Source: Abditibacterium sp. (GTDB lineage: Bacteria > Armatimonadota > Abditibacteriia > Abditibacteriales > Abditibacteriaceae). Taken from it: a stretch of 64,000 bases of DNA. The notes beneath the pieces are model-generated. The model made no database searches and was not told the DNA's origin. It was given only the letters and a program-made list of their open reading frames with translations. Shown piece by piece: positions 47,709-57,140 of the stretch (position 1 is the stretch's first letter; each line of letters opens with the position of its first letter). The translations under genes and the position numbers were made by a program. Where the stretch lies: positions 1,920,001 to 1,984,000 of the forward strand of contig OZ251992.1 of assembly GCA_965246885.1 (NCBI GenBank), given 5' to 3'.

Positions 47709-48805
47709 TTCCCGTCGTGCCGCCGCGCGCGTTTGATTTCGCGGAGGCGCACGTCCGCTTCGTCGGCTTCTTCGAGGAGCGACAGTTGCGGCGACAGGGC
47801 GCTGGGCGGGGCGGGTTCGCCCAGAAACTCGTAGCCGCGCCGCGTGATGCGGCGTCCGGCGGGGGTGCGGGCGAGCATGCCGATTTTGAGCAGATACGGC
47901 TCGACGACATCCACGAGGGTATCGGATTCTTCGTTGAGGGTGGCGGCGAGGGCTTCGATGCCGACCGGCCCGCCGTCGTAAATGTCCTTGATGACGCGCA
48001 AAACGGCGTGGTCGAGGCGGTCGAGGCCCAGTTCGTCTATGCCCTCCAAGCGCAAGGCGTCGCGCGCCACATCGAGCGAAATATCGCCGTCGGCGCGTAC
48101 GAGGGCGAAGTCGCGCACGCGGCGCATCAGGCGGTTCGCCACGCGGGGCGTGCCGCGAGAGCGACGGGCGATTTCGTGGGCGGCGTGTTCGTCTATGGGC
48201 GTGCCCAGAATGTGCGCGCTCCGCCGCACGATCATGTTCAGTTCGTCCTCGTTGTAAAAGTCGAAGTGTTGCTGCAAGCCGAAGCGGTCGCGCAGGGGGC
48301 GCGTCAGCATGGCGGGGCGGGTGGTGGCGCCGACGATGGTGAACTTTTCCAAGCGAATCGGGAGCGGCTTAGAGTACATTCCCTTATCGAGGGTGAAGTT
48401 GACGAGAAAGTCCTCCATCGCGGAGTAAAGGAACTCCTCGACAATGCGCGGCAAGCGGTGAATCTCGTCTATGAAGATGATGTCGCCCTCGCGCGCATTG
48501 ACCAAGAAGCCCATCACGTCGCCGGGCCGCTCCAACGACGGGCCACTCGTGAGCGCGATGTCGCGGTTTAACTCCTCGGCGATGATATACGCCAAACTCG
48601 TCTTGCCCAAGCCCGGCGGCCCGTGCAACAGCAAGTGGTCGAGCGGCTCGCCGCGCTTGAGCGAGGCTTGGATGGCGATTTTCAAGCGCTCGACAGTTTC
48701 TTTCTGGCCGATGTATTCGTCCAGATTCTTGGGGCGCAATCCCCAGTTGAAATCCTTCTCTTCCCCTCCGCCACCTTCGGCGGAAACAAGGCGATCTCGT
48801 GACAT
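47705..48805 (-). CDS. ruvB: Holliday junction branch migration helicase
   Basis: LRP..LDEYIGQ, GPPGLGKT, FIDEIHRL, YSAMEDF, GATTR, PLRDRFG, RGTPRVANR. Confidence 0.97.
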   Translation of the reverse strand: MSRDRLVSAEGGGGEEKDFNWGLRPKNLDEYIGQKETVERLKIAIQASLKRGEPLDHLLLHGPPGLGKTSLAYIIAEELNRDIALTSGPSLERPGDVMGFLVNAREGDIIFIDEIHRLPRIVEEFLYSAMEDFLVNFTLDKGMYSKPLPIRLEKFTIVGATTRPAMLTRPLRDRFGLQQHFDFYNEDELNMIVRRSAHILGTPIDEHAAHEIARRSRGTPRVANRLMRRVRDFALVRADGDISLDVARDALRLEGIDELGLDRLDHAVLRVIKDIYDGGPVGIEALAATLNEESDTLVDVVEPYLLKIGMLARTPAGRRITRRGYEFLGEPAPPSALSPQLSLLEEADEADVRLREIKRARRHDGK

Positions 48806-48968
48806 AGGCCAATAGTTTAACCCAACTCACTGAAAGCGTCTCGGCTCGCCTGCCCTGTGAACAGGATGCGCTGGGCGCGCTGAATAGGGCACTCGCTGAC
48901 GCTTCGCGTTCGCAGGGCAGGTGCGCGGCCTTTGCGCCTCGGCGAGAACTGGCGCTCACACTATGAGC

Positions 48969-49943
48969 ATGAGCGAAATCGTCCCATTCTCCCCCGTTGT
49001 CGAGGGCATCGTTGTTTCCGCGCCGAAGATGGATGCGCTCGACGCTTTCGAGTGGTTCTTGCAAATAGATGTTGCCAACGGCGACGCCACGCGCGACACT
49101 GTGCTGGCGTATCGCCGGGAAGTGGGGCTGTGGGTCGCATGGTGCGCGACGCGCGAGTTGAATCCGCTCGATGCGCGGCGCGACGACGTGGAGCGTTACC
49201 GCGAGGAACTCAAGGCCAAGGGTATCTCCGTTTCGACGCGCGCCCACAAGCTCTCCATCGTGCGCCGCTTCTATGACGCCGCCATCCGCCACGAACTCAT
49301 CGCCAAAAACCCCGCCGAAGGCGTGCGCGGCGGCAAGGACAACACCGCGCCCGAAGACAAAATGAAAGCGCTTTCGCACACCGGGCTTTCGGTCTTGGTG
49401 GCGATGATGCCCACCGAAACCCTCGCCGATTCGCGCGACCGCGCGGTTGTCGGTCTCATGGCTTTGCACGGCTTGCGGCGCATCGAAGTCCACCGCCTCA
49501 ACCACGAATCGCTTCGCTTGGATGGCGACGAACCCTATCTCACCGTCGAAGGCAAAGGCTCCAAAACGCGCCGCGCTTACCTACGGGCCGACACGCTTGC
49601 CGCCTTGGAAAACTACGCGCGCGGCAAAATGGCGGCGGGCTTCCCCTTGTCGGGCGCGTTCTTCGTGTCGCACTCGAACAACGCGACCGGCCAGCGTTTG
49701 TCGCGCCAAGCCCTCAACGAAATCGTGTCCAAGCACCTGAGCGCCGCCAAGCTCAAGAAAGTCGGCGTCAGTTGCCACGCCCTGCGCCACACCTACGGCA
49801 CCCTCGCCGTCGCCGGGGGCGCCAAAATCGAGCACCTGCGCGACGCGATGGGACACGCCCACATCGAAACCACCTCCATCTACGTCCGCGCCGTGAGCAA
49901 AGCCAAAAACAACCCCGCCAACTTTATCGAGGTGGAAATTTAG
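48969..49943 (+). CDS. Tyrosine recombinase/integrase (SAM-like N-domain plus catalytic domain)
   Basis: GLRRIE (R), GKGSK (K), HALRH, GH, TTSIY (Y); alternative ATG at 48963. Confidence 0.9.
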   Translation: MSEIVPFSPVVEGIVVSAPKMDALDAFEWFLQIDVANGDATRDTVLAYRREVGLWVAWCATRELNPLDARRDDVERYREELKAKGISVSTRAHKLSIVRRFYDAAIRHELIAKNPAEGVRGGKDNTAPEDKMKALSHTGLSVLVAMMPTETLADSRDRAVVGLMALHGLRRIEVHRLNHESLRLDGDEPYLTVEGKGSKTRRAYLRADTLAALENYARGKMAAGFPLSGAFFVSHSNNATGQRLSRQALNEIVSKHLSAAKLKKVGVSCHALRHTYGTLAVAGGAKIEHLRDAMGHAHIETTSIYVRAVSKAKNNPANFIEVEI

Positions 49944-49953
49944 GCCCCACGCC

Positions 49954-50193
49954 ATGCGCGACCTCTTCGCCCTTCTCAACCCCCTGCTCCCGTCGTTGCG
50001 CTCCGTGGGATTAGAAGAGGCCGCCGCACGGCTCGAACGAGCGATGGAAAACATCTACCAACCCTCTGACCTCTTGGGCGATGTGCGACGGGAGTTATGG
50101 TCGCTTCTCCACTCAAACACGCTGCCTCCGGCACAAAAGTGGGAAGTCGAGGCGGCGAGTGCCCTCGCCGATGCACTCGAAGACAGACGATGA
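49954..50193 (+). CDS. Small hypothetical helical protein
   Basis: 79-aa ORF filling gap after recombinase. Confidence 0.4.
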   Translation: MRDLFALLNPLLPSLRSVGLEEAAARLERAMENIYQPSDLLGDVRRELWSLLHSNTLPPAQKWEVEAASALADALEDRR

Positions 50194-50230
50194 GCGCGGC
50201 CTCACTTCTCAGTTGATCAAACTAACTCCT

Positions 50231-50518
50231 ATGCCAGAGCCACTTCTTTTTATGAGGACGCCAAAAGCCCCTGAACCGCCCACACGCGCGGCTTACGCAG
50301 CGTATCGCGCGCGCTGGAAAGCCGTCGCAGAGAAGGAAGCCGCGCTCTTGCAAGCGACCCCGCCCGAAGTGCGGACACGCCAACTGCAAGCGTTGTGGAG
50401 CGCCGCCCAAAGCGCCGATTTGCCCATCGCTACTCCTGAAGATGTGGCTTTGGTGCGCGCGCGCTGGAACTCCTTGCGCCAAAAATTCCATGAACATTCC
50501 CAAGCCGATTCAAGATGA
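50231..50518 (+). CDS. Small protein, putative antitoxin/partner of nucleotidyltransferase
   Basis: Helical, VRARWNSLR tail, overlaps the next gene start. Confidence 0.55.
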   Translation: MPEPLLFMRTPKAPEPPTRAAYAAYRARWKAVAEKEAALLQATPPEVRTRQLQALWSAAQSADLPIATPEDVALVRARWNSLRQKFHEHSQADSR

Positions 50519-51065
50519 TCTATGGACGGCGCTGCGCGACTTCGCGCGCTGGCTGGAGCCTTATGCGGGGCGCGTTTCGCTCATCGGTGGCATCGCGGTG
50601 GTTTATCTGGGGCGGCCCCGCATGACGCGCGACATAGACGCCCTGTTTTGGATTGAGGATGACGAAGTGAAAACCTTACTTCAAAGCGGCGCAGGATTTG
50701 GCTGGAAGCCGCGTTTGCCAGATGCCCTTGAGTTCGCTTTGGAGAATCGCGTGCTACTTGTATGGCACGAGGCCACGCAAATTGAAGCCGACCTGTCGCT
50801 GGGGATGCTCCCTTTTGAAGAACTCGCCACGCAGAACGCGAGGCCGCGCGACATCGGCGGCTTTTGGGTTCCGCTTCCGCGTCCAGAAGATTTGGTGATT
50901 ATGAAAATCATCGCCGGACGCCCGCGCGACATCGCCGATGTCGAAGGCGTTCTCGCCAATACTCCCAACTTCGACCGCGTGGGCGTGAGGGTCATTATCC
51001 GCGAATTTGCCGACTTGCTCGATGCTCCCGAAATCCTCGCTAACCTCAATCGGCTTTTGCCTTAA
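50490..51065 (+). CDS. Nucleotidyltransferase (DUF6036/AbiEii-like), putative toxin
   Basis: LIGGIAV..LGRPRMTRDID, PEDLVIMK..AGRPRDIAD. Confidence 0.8.
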   Translation: MNIPKPIQDDLWTALRDFARWLEPYAGRVSLIGGIAVVYLGRPRMTRDIDALFWIEDDEVKTLLQSGAGFGWKPRLPDALEFALENRVLLVWHEATQIEADLSLGMLPFEELATQNARPRDIGGFWVPLPRPEDLVIMKIIAGRPRDIADVEGVLANTPNFDRVGVRVIIREFADLLDAPEILANLNRLLP

Positions 51066-51074
51066 AATCTTTCC

Positions 51075-51983
51075 ATGCCAGAACCACTGCTTTCCGTGCG
51101 CGATTTGCAAACGCGCTTTTTTACCGACGACGGCGCCATAGATGCCGTAGACCACGTGTCGTTCGACCTCGCCCCGCGCGAGATTTTGGGGGTCGTCGGG
51201 GAGTCGGGGTCGGGCAAGTCGGTGACTTCCTTGTCCATCCTACGCCTCGTGAGTGCTCCGGGGAAGATTGTCGGGGGACAAATCTTGTGGAAGGGGGTAG
51301 ACTTGCTGCGCAAGTCCGAAGCGGAGATGCGCAAGATACGCGGTGACGACATCGCCATGATCTTTCAGGAGCCGATGACGAGCCTTAATCCGCTTTACAC
51401 GGTCGGCAACCACATCGAAGAAGCGCTTGCCTTGCACCAAGGGCTACACGGACAGGCGGCCCGCGCGCGCGCCATCGCCGCTTTGGAAGAAGTCGGCATC
51501 CGCGAAGCCCCGCAACGCTACAGTTCGTATCCGCACCAACTGTCCGGCGGTATGCGCCAGCGCGTGATGATCGCTGTCGCCCTCTCGTGCAACCCCGACT
51601 TGCTCATCGCGGACGAGCCGACGACCGCCTTGGACGTGACCGTGCAGGCCCGCATCCTCGACCTTATGCTCCAATTGCGCGACGAAAAGCGCATGGCCAT
51701 TCTGCTCATCACCCACAACATGGGCTTGGTCGCTCGAATGTGCGACCGCGTCGTCGTGATGCACCGGGGCAAAATCGTCGAATCCGCGAGTGTGCAAGAC
51801 ATCTTCGCCTCTCCCAAGCACCCCTACACCCGCGACCTGTTGCTTTCTATCCCGACGCTCGATTCCGCGCCCAAAACCCGCTTGGCCACCGTCCAATGGC
51901 ACCCCACTCCCGAACAAGACGCGCACGCAAACTTAGTCGAGATCGCCCCCGGTCACACCGTCAGCGCGTGGGCTGCCGCTTAG
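51075..51983 (+). CDS. oppD: Oligopeptide/dipeptide ABC transporter ATPase
   Basis: VGESGSGKS, MIFQEPMTSLNP, YPHQLSGGMRQR, ADEPTTALD, HPYT. Confidence 0.88.
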   Translation: MPEPLLSVRDLQTRFFTDDGAIDAVDHVSFDLAPREILGVVGESGSGKSVTSLSILRLVSAPGKIVGGQILWKGVDLLRKSEAEMRKIRGDDIAMIFQEPMTSLNPLYTVGNHIEEALALHQGLHGQAARARAIAALEEVGIREAPQRYSSYPHQLSGGMRQRVMIAVALSCNPDLLIADEPTTALDVTVQARILDLMLQLRDEKRMAILLITHNMGLVARMCDRVVVMHRGKIVESASVQDIFASPKHPYTRDLLLSIPTLDSAPKTRLATVQWHPTPEQDAHANLVEIAPGHTVSAWAAA

Positions 51984-52001
51984 GATTGCGCTCTTCCTTC
52001 C

Positions 52002-52811
52002 ATGCAACCTCTCATTCAAGTTTCAAATCTCGTCAAGCACTTTCCCACCAAAAGCGGCATGGGCCAAAGCGCGGGCGTTGTCAAGGCCGTTGACGACGTG
52101 TCGTTCGACATCCAACCCGGTGAGGTGCTGGGATTAGTCGGCGAATCGGGGAGCGGCAAATCCACGACGGGGCGGCTCATCTTGCGACTTCTGGACGCGA
52201 CATCGGGGCGCGTGACCTATGACGGGCGCGCGGTGTTTGGCTTATCTAAGCCCGACATGCGCGAACTGCGCAAGCAGATGCAAATCGTGTTTCAAGACCC
52301 CTACGGCGCGTTCAACCCGCGCATGACCGTCGGCGCCATCATCGGCGAAGCGCTCGAACTGCGCGGCGTCGCGGGTGGCGAAAGCCGCCGCGCGGTGGTG
52401 GGGCGCTTCTTGGAAATGGTGCAAATGCCCGCATCGGTCGCCTCGCGCTACCCGCACGAGTTTTCGGGAGGGCAACGTCAGCGCATTGGCATCGCGCGCG
52501 CCTTGGCCGTTGAGCCAAAATTCATCGTCGCCGATGAACCCGTATCGGCGCTTGATGTCTCAACCCAAGCGGAAATTGTCAACCTGCTCCTCGATTTACA
52601 AGCGCGGTTGAACCTTACCATGCTGTTCATCTCGCACGACCTCAGTGTCGTCAAGGTTTTGTGCGACCGCGTGGCGGTCATGCAACACGGGAAATTAGTC
52701 GAAGTCGGCGACGCAAAGCAAATCTTCGGCGCCCCGCAGATGGACTACACCCGCGAATTGCTCGCCGCCGTGCCGATTCCCGACCCCGCCCGCGCCCGCC
52801 GCGCCGCCTGA
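52002..52811 (+). CDS. oppF: Oligopeptide/dipeptide ABC transporter ATPase
   Basis: KAVDDVSF, VGESGSGKST, FQDPY, YPHEFSGGQRQRI, DEPVSALD. Confidence 0.88.
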   Translation: MQPLIQVSNLVKHFPTKSGMGQSAGVVKAVDDVSFDIQPGEVLGLVGESGSGKSTTGRLILRLLDATSGRVTYDGRAVFGLSKPDMRELRKQMQIVFQDPYGAFNPRMTVGAIIGEALELRGVAGGESRRAVVGRFLEMVQMPASVASRYPHEFSGGQRQRIGIARALAVEPKFIVADEPVSALDVSTQAEIVNLLLDLQARLNLTMLFISHDLSVVKVLCDRVAVMQHGKLVEVGDAKQIFGAPQMDYTRELLAAVPIPDPARARRAA

Positions 52812-52830
52812 CGGAATCGGTTCGCCGGGT

Positions 52831-52976
52831 TAACTCTGTCATCCGCGCGCCTAATTCTTTCGTCGGCGCGCTTAATTCTTCCGCCCGCGCGCCTAATTCT
52901 TTAATCCGCGCGCTTAATTCTTGGGCCAGTTAGTTAATTCTTCCATCGGCGCGCTTAATTTCTTCGTCGCTGTGCC
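52831..52976. repeat. 21-bp-period tandem array (7 units, TAATTCTT-N-GCGCGC[C/T])
   Basis: TAA(T/C)T motif at 52831, 52852, 52873, 52894, 52915, 52935, 52956 (one 20-bp unit). Confidence 0.85.
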
Positions 52977-53091
52977 TGCGGGAGCCGTTCATCTGACTGC
53001 GCCAACTAAAGCCGCACGCCGCAATTTTTTCTGGTTGATGAACTCAATCTGTGACGGGCTATACTGCGTGAGTGACAGGGAGAAAACAACC

Positions 53092-53658
53092 ATGAGCATT
53101 TCAAATTGGATGAGTTGGGAAGGTGGCGTGGATTTGGCGGCGATGACGACCGGAGAGGCGACACCTAATATCATCGTTCACCTCGCCCGCACCGTTTACA
53201 CCCCGTTCGGGCATTGCGCGGCGGGGCTTTTGCTGATTCCCGATTTCGCTGACCCCACCAAGCCCCCGAAGTTTATGGGCTTCGTCGCAGAAAATACGTC
53301 CATTGGCGACTATTTCGGCCCGCACATTTTCGCCGGGACGGCCTTCGAGCAAGCTCCCGTCACCCAAGCCACGCCCTATTTCTCGTTCAACGACGCGAGC
53401 ACAACGGCTTCCATCGAAATTCCCGGCTTAAACCTGTCCATTCAAGTGATCATGTCGCGCCTGTCGGCGCCGTACAAAGTAGACCGCGACGCGGGCGAGA
53501 ACAACACGCTGCCTTTTTTCCAACAGGGCATCGAACAAAGCGCCGCGCAAGTCGAACTGCGCATCAACGGCACGGTGCAACCCATTACCCTCCCGCGCAT
53601 CGGCATCACGGGCGGCCCTCCTGCCGTTGTTGCGCCGTGCGGAATTTACGGGCGCTAA
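53092..53658 (+). CDS. Hypothetical protein
   Basis: GGGAG RBS and TATACT hexamer upstream of ATG; globular composition. Confidence 0.65.
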   Translation: MSISNWMSWEGGVDLAAMTTGEATPNIIVHLARTVYTPFGHCAAGLLLIPDFADPTKPPKFMGFVAENTSIGDYFGPHIFAGTAFEQAPVTQATPYFSFNDASTTASIEIPGLNLSIQVIMSRLSAPYKVDRDAGENNTLPFFQQGIEQSAAQVELRINGTVQPITLPRIGITGGPPAVVAPCGIYGR

Positions 53659-53692
53659 CTTGGGCGCGGTGTGTTGAACTGGGCTGTCACAC

Positions 53693-54580
53693 ATGAAATC
53701 CGGTTTTTGCACGCTCTGGGGGCGCCCCAATACGGGGAAGTCCACGCTCCTCAACGCCTTGCTGGGGCGCAAGCACGTTATCACCAGCCCCCGTCCGCAA
53801 ACGACGCGGCACCGCATCGCGGGCGTTTTGCACGGGCCAGACGAGGCGTTTCAGATCGTTTTCCTCGATACCCCCGGCATCCACGAGCCGGGCAACAAGC
53901 TGGGCGAAACGCTCGTGCAAAACGCCCGCTCCGCCTTGGCCGATGTCGAGTGCGTCGTGGTGGTGGTGGACGCGACCGAAGTGCCGCATCCCGACGACCG
54001 CTTGGCCGTCGAAGGGTTAAAGCGCGTCAAGGCTCCGGTCATCCTCGCGCTCAACAAGCGCGACGCGGCCAAGGATATGGAAGGCGTGCGCGGCGCCTTC
54101 AAAAAGCTGCGCGCTTTCGATGCCGTCGTCGAAATCTCGGCCTTGACAGGCGCGGGGTTGGACGACCTCAAGCGCGAAATCGTCGCCGTGTTCCCGGAAG
54201 GCGAGCCGTATTTCCCGCCCGAAATGAACGGCGACCGCTCGCCGGAGTTCCACGTCGAAGAACTCATCCGCGAACAGGCGCTCTTGCAACTGCGCGCCGA
54301 AATCCCGCACGCCGTCGCGGTTGCCGTCGAGCAAATGGCGCCGCGCCCGAACGACCGCCTCTTTATTGAGGCAGTTATCTACGTGGAGCGCGAATCGCAA
54401 AAGAAAATCGTGGTCGGCGAAGGCGGCGCGCGCGTCAAAGAAATCGGCCTCAAAGCGCGCGCGGAAATCGAGAGTTGGCTGGGTAAGGGCGTTTATCTCG
54501 AAGTGCGCGTCAAAGTGCGCGACAAATGGCGCGACGACGACCTGTGGCTCGCGCGCTTCGGCATCGCCGAGCGGGGCTGA
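53693..54580 (+). CDS. era: GTPase Era
   Basis: GRPNTGKSTL, PQTTR, DTPG, NKRD, KH domain SQKKIVVG. Confidence 0.96.
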   Translation: MKSGFCTLWGRPNTGKSTLLNALLGRKHVITSPRPQTTRHRIAGVLHGPDEAFQIVFLDTPGIHEPGNKLGETLVQNARSALADVECVVVVVDATEVPHPDDRLAVEGLKRVKAPVILALNKRDAAKDMEGVRGAFKKLRAFDAVVEISALTGAGLDDLKREIVAVFPEGEPYFPPEMNGDRSPEFHVEELIREQALLQLRAEIPHAVAVAVEQMAPRPNDRLFIEAVIYVERESQKKIVVGEGGARVKEIGLKARAEIESWLGKGVYLEVRVKVRDKWRDDDLWLARFGIAERG

Positions 54581-54589
54581 TGCTCTCTT

Positions 54590-55351
54590 ATGAAAACCAA
54601 AATCGCGCTCATCACTGGCGCTTCGTCCGGTATCGGCTTGGAGTTGGCGCGCTTGTTCGCGGGCGGCGGCTGGGAGTTACACTTGGTCGCGCGTCGGCGC
54701 GACCTGCTCGAAGAGTTGGCCGCCGAACTGAAGACGCCCACCACCATTCACGCCGTTGACCTGACCGATGCCGCCGCGCGGGAGGAGTTAATCGCATCGC
54801 TGCAAGGCGTCGAAGTTTCGGCTCTGGTCAACAACGCCGGGTTTGGCGATTACGCGCCGTTCGCGCAAACCGAATGGCCCAAGATGCAGGCGCTGTTGCG
54901 GCTGAACATCGAAGCTCTGACCCACCTGACGCACGCCTTTTTGCCGGGGATGATTGAGCGGCGACGCGGCAAAATCCTCAACCTCGGCTCGACCGCCGCC
55001 TTCTTTCCCGGCCCGACGATGGCGACTTACTACGCGAGCAAAGCGTTCGTCTTGTCGTTCTCGGAAGCGTTGGCGACGGAGTTGGAAGGGACTGGCGTGA
55101 CTGTAACCTGCCTTTGCCCCGGCGCGACCAAGTCGGAGTTTCAAGCGCGCTCCGGTTTGGGCGCCTCCAAACTCATGGATTCGGCGCTGATGAGTTCTCC
55201 TGACGTGGCTCGCGCCGGATACCAAGCGACCCTGCGGGGCCAGCGCCTCGTCATTCCCGGTCGGATGAACGCCTTTTTGACGCTGCTCCCGCGCATCCTG
55301 CCGCGTCAAACTACGGCCCGCATCGTGCGCAATATCCAAGCACCCAAATAA
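54590..55351 (+). CDS. Short-chain dehydrogenase/reductase
   Basis: TGASSGIG, NNAG, YYASK. Confidence 0.92.
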   Translation: MKTKIALITGASSGIGLELARLFAGGGWELHLVARRRDLLEELAAELKTPTTIHAVDLTDAAAREELIASLQGVEVSALVNNAGFGDYAPFAQTEWPKMQALLRLNIEALTHLTHAFLPGMIERRRGKILNLGSTAAFFPGPTMATYYASKAFVLSFSEALATELEGTGVTVTCLCPGATKSEFQARSGLGASKLMDSALMSSPDVARAGYQATLRGQRLVIPGRMNAFLTLLPRILPRQTTARIVRNIQAPK

Positions 55352-55888
55352 ATGAACACCCTTCCTTTGCGCCTCGCCGCTCTGTCTTTGATTCTGCTCC
55401 CGGTCGCGTTTATCGCCCAAGCCAAAACGCGCACGCCCGCGCCGGGGCCAACGCGCGCCCCAATTCGCACGCCCAAACCCACCCGCGCGCCCCGTCCAAC
55501 CCGCACCCCGCGCCCGACATCCACCCCCCGCCCGACACCCACCCCGACGCGACTCCCCATTCCCGTGTCGGCGACGGATGGCGACAACGGCAAAACCCTC
55601 TTCGTCGCGCGCGGCGGAGTGATCGAACTCCGACTAGAGTCCAACCCCTCGACGGGCTATGCATGGCACGTCGTTTCCCATACCAACCTCCAACCGGAAG
55701 GCGAGCCAACTTATGAAGCCACGCCCGTTGCGGCGGGGACAGTCGGGAGCGGCGGTTTCGCGGTCTACCACTTCCGTGCGGTACGGGCCGGGCGCGGCAG
55801 CCTCGCGCTTGACCTCCGCTCTCCCGCTTTTAAAGCGGGGGACAAACCCGCGCAAACCTTCCGCGCAACGGTGCAGGTCTTGAAGTAA
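55352..55888 (+). CDS. Protease inhibitor I42 (chagasin) family protein with Pro/Thr/Arg linker
   Basis: Signal peptide, PT repeats, LESNPSTGYAW, VGSGG. Confidence 0.85.
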   Translation: MNTLPLRLAALSLILLPVAFIAQAKTRTPAPGPTRAPIRTPKPTRAPRPTRTPRPTSTPRPTPTPTRLPIPVSATDGDNGKTLFVARGGVIELRLESNPSTGYAWHVVSHTNLQPEGEPTYEATPVAAGTVGSGGFAVYHFRAVRAGRGSLALDLRSPAFKAGDKPAQTFRATVQVLK

Positions 55889-55896
55889 CTGTCGCC

Positions 55897-57120
55897 TTAA
55901 CCCGGTTGCAGGGGTGAGTTTATGGTGGTCGCGGCCTGTTGCGCGGCCCGCCAGAACTGCCGGTAGCGCGGCACGACTACCAGTTGCACGACGGCCCACA
56001 GCGCCGCGATGTCCGCCGCGAAGAAGGCGACGTTGTGTGTGGCAGTCGAGGCGTAGAGTAGGGGCGCCCACGAAAGGTGCGCGAGGGTAATGACGTTGTT
56101 AGCGCCCAGCCGCGACCAATGCAAGGAGCGAAAGGGCGGCTTCACATGGATGGTGTCAACCGCGCACTTGACCGCGAAGCCCAAGACGCCAACGCCCAGC
56201 GCGACGGCGCCGCCAACGAGAGTCCAGTTGGGCGGCGCCGGGGGAGTCGGGACGGCGAAGTGCGGCGGGTGCAGGGCTTGGGAGTAGGTGACGGCGCCCA
56301 ACCACACCGTCATCGTTTGCAAGATGAGGAAGTAGCCCTGCATTGACCAAACCGCCTTGCGCGCGGTGGCCGCCAGCAGTGTGGCGTCCGAGGGGAGCGG
56401 CGCTTCTTGCAGTGTTTTGGTCGCTCTGTCCTTCGCCGACAAGCCCTTTTCTTGAGTGTCTATCTTATTCTGCGCCACCATGAAGCCAATAAGCGCCCCC
56501 ATCAATCCGAGAGCAGTGACGCCCCAACCTAACGTGACCACCAGCATGTTGAGGTCGAAGCTGTGTCCCGCAGTGGAGGGATTGGACACCGTCTGTATGC
56601 GCTTCTCGTAGCCGTATTTGCGCGAGGAGATGCTCATTAGTACACCGTGCCAAAACAGGGCGTCAACGGGGACTGGGATGTCGTTGTTCCAATTCATGTT
56701 GTCCGTTGCGTAGCCAACAGCTTCTGGATTCCCTGAAGCCTCGTGCTTACTTTCGTATCCGAGAGTTTGGTTTCCAATGTCCAGCCGATACCGCCAATAC
56801 GCGCCATCGTGATAGGGGTTGGAGTGAGTGATCCGCACGACACCGGGGTATACCTTGCACACATCTTGTCCGACCTTGGCGTGGGCGAAGAAGGCCGAAT
56901 TGCCCTGCACTGGATGCGCGCAGTCCCGCTCGAACTGCGCCAATCGCGGGGCGTCACGCCGCATTTGAAGATATTCGGGAGCGGAGGTGGAAGCGAACAA
57001 GAACACGTTCAACAAGCAACCAATCGCGAAGCCGATGAACGTTCCTCTGAGAAGCCGCCACCGTTTCTCCCCGTCGGGAACGCTGCGCAGAAGTGGGGCG
57101 GAAGTGGGCGCGGGCTTCAT
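55897..57120 (-). CDS. Hypothetical multi-TM protein with an extracytoplasmic domain
   Basis: TM, ~140-aa soluble domain, then several TM helices; CATACT hexamer 7 nt before ATG. Confidence 0.6.
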   Translation of the reverse strand: MKPAPTSAPLLRSVPDGEKRWRLLRGTFIGFAIGCLLNVFLFASTSAPEYLQMRRDAPRLAQFERDCAHPVQGNSAFFAHAKVGQDVCKVYPGVVRITHSNPYHDGAYWRYRLDIGNQTLGYESKHEASGNPEAVGYATDNMNWNNDIPVPVDALFWHGVLMSISSRKYGYEKRIQTVSNPSTAGHSFDLNMLVVTLGWGVTALGLMGALIGFMVAQNKIDTQEKGLSAKDRATKTLQEAPLPSDATLLAATARKAVWSMQGYFLILQTMTVWLGAVTYSQALHPPHFAVPTPPAPPNWTLVGGAVALGVGVLGFAVKCAVDTIHVKPPFRSLHWSRLGANNVITLAHLSWAPLLYASTATHNVAFFAADIAALWAVVQLVVVPRYRQFWRAAQQAATTINSPLQPG

Positions 57121-57140
57121 GGTCGCCAGTATGACGCCCT

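Noticed and set aside
48969..51065. Prophage, ICE or integron
   Set aside because: No structural, replication or transfer genes, no tRNA target and no attC array seen
51075..52811. oppDF as nickel ABC ATPases (nikDE)
   Set aside because: Over 20 kb from the island, no permease or binding protein, no NikR-like site seen
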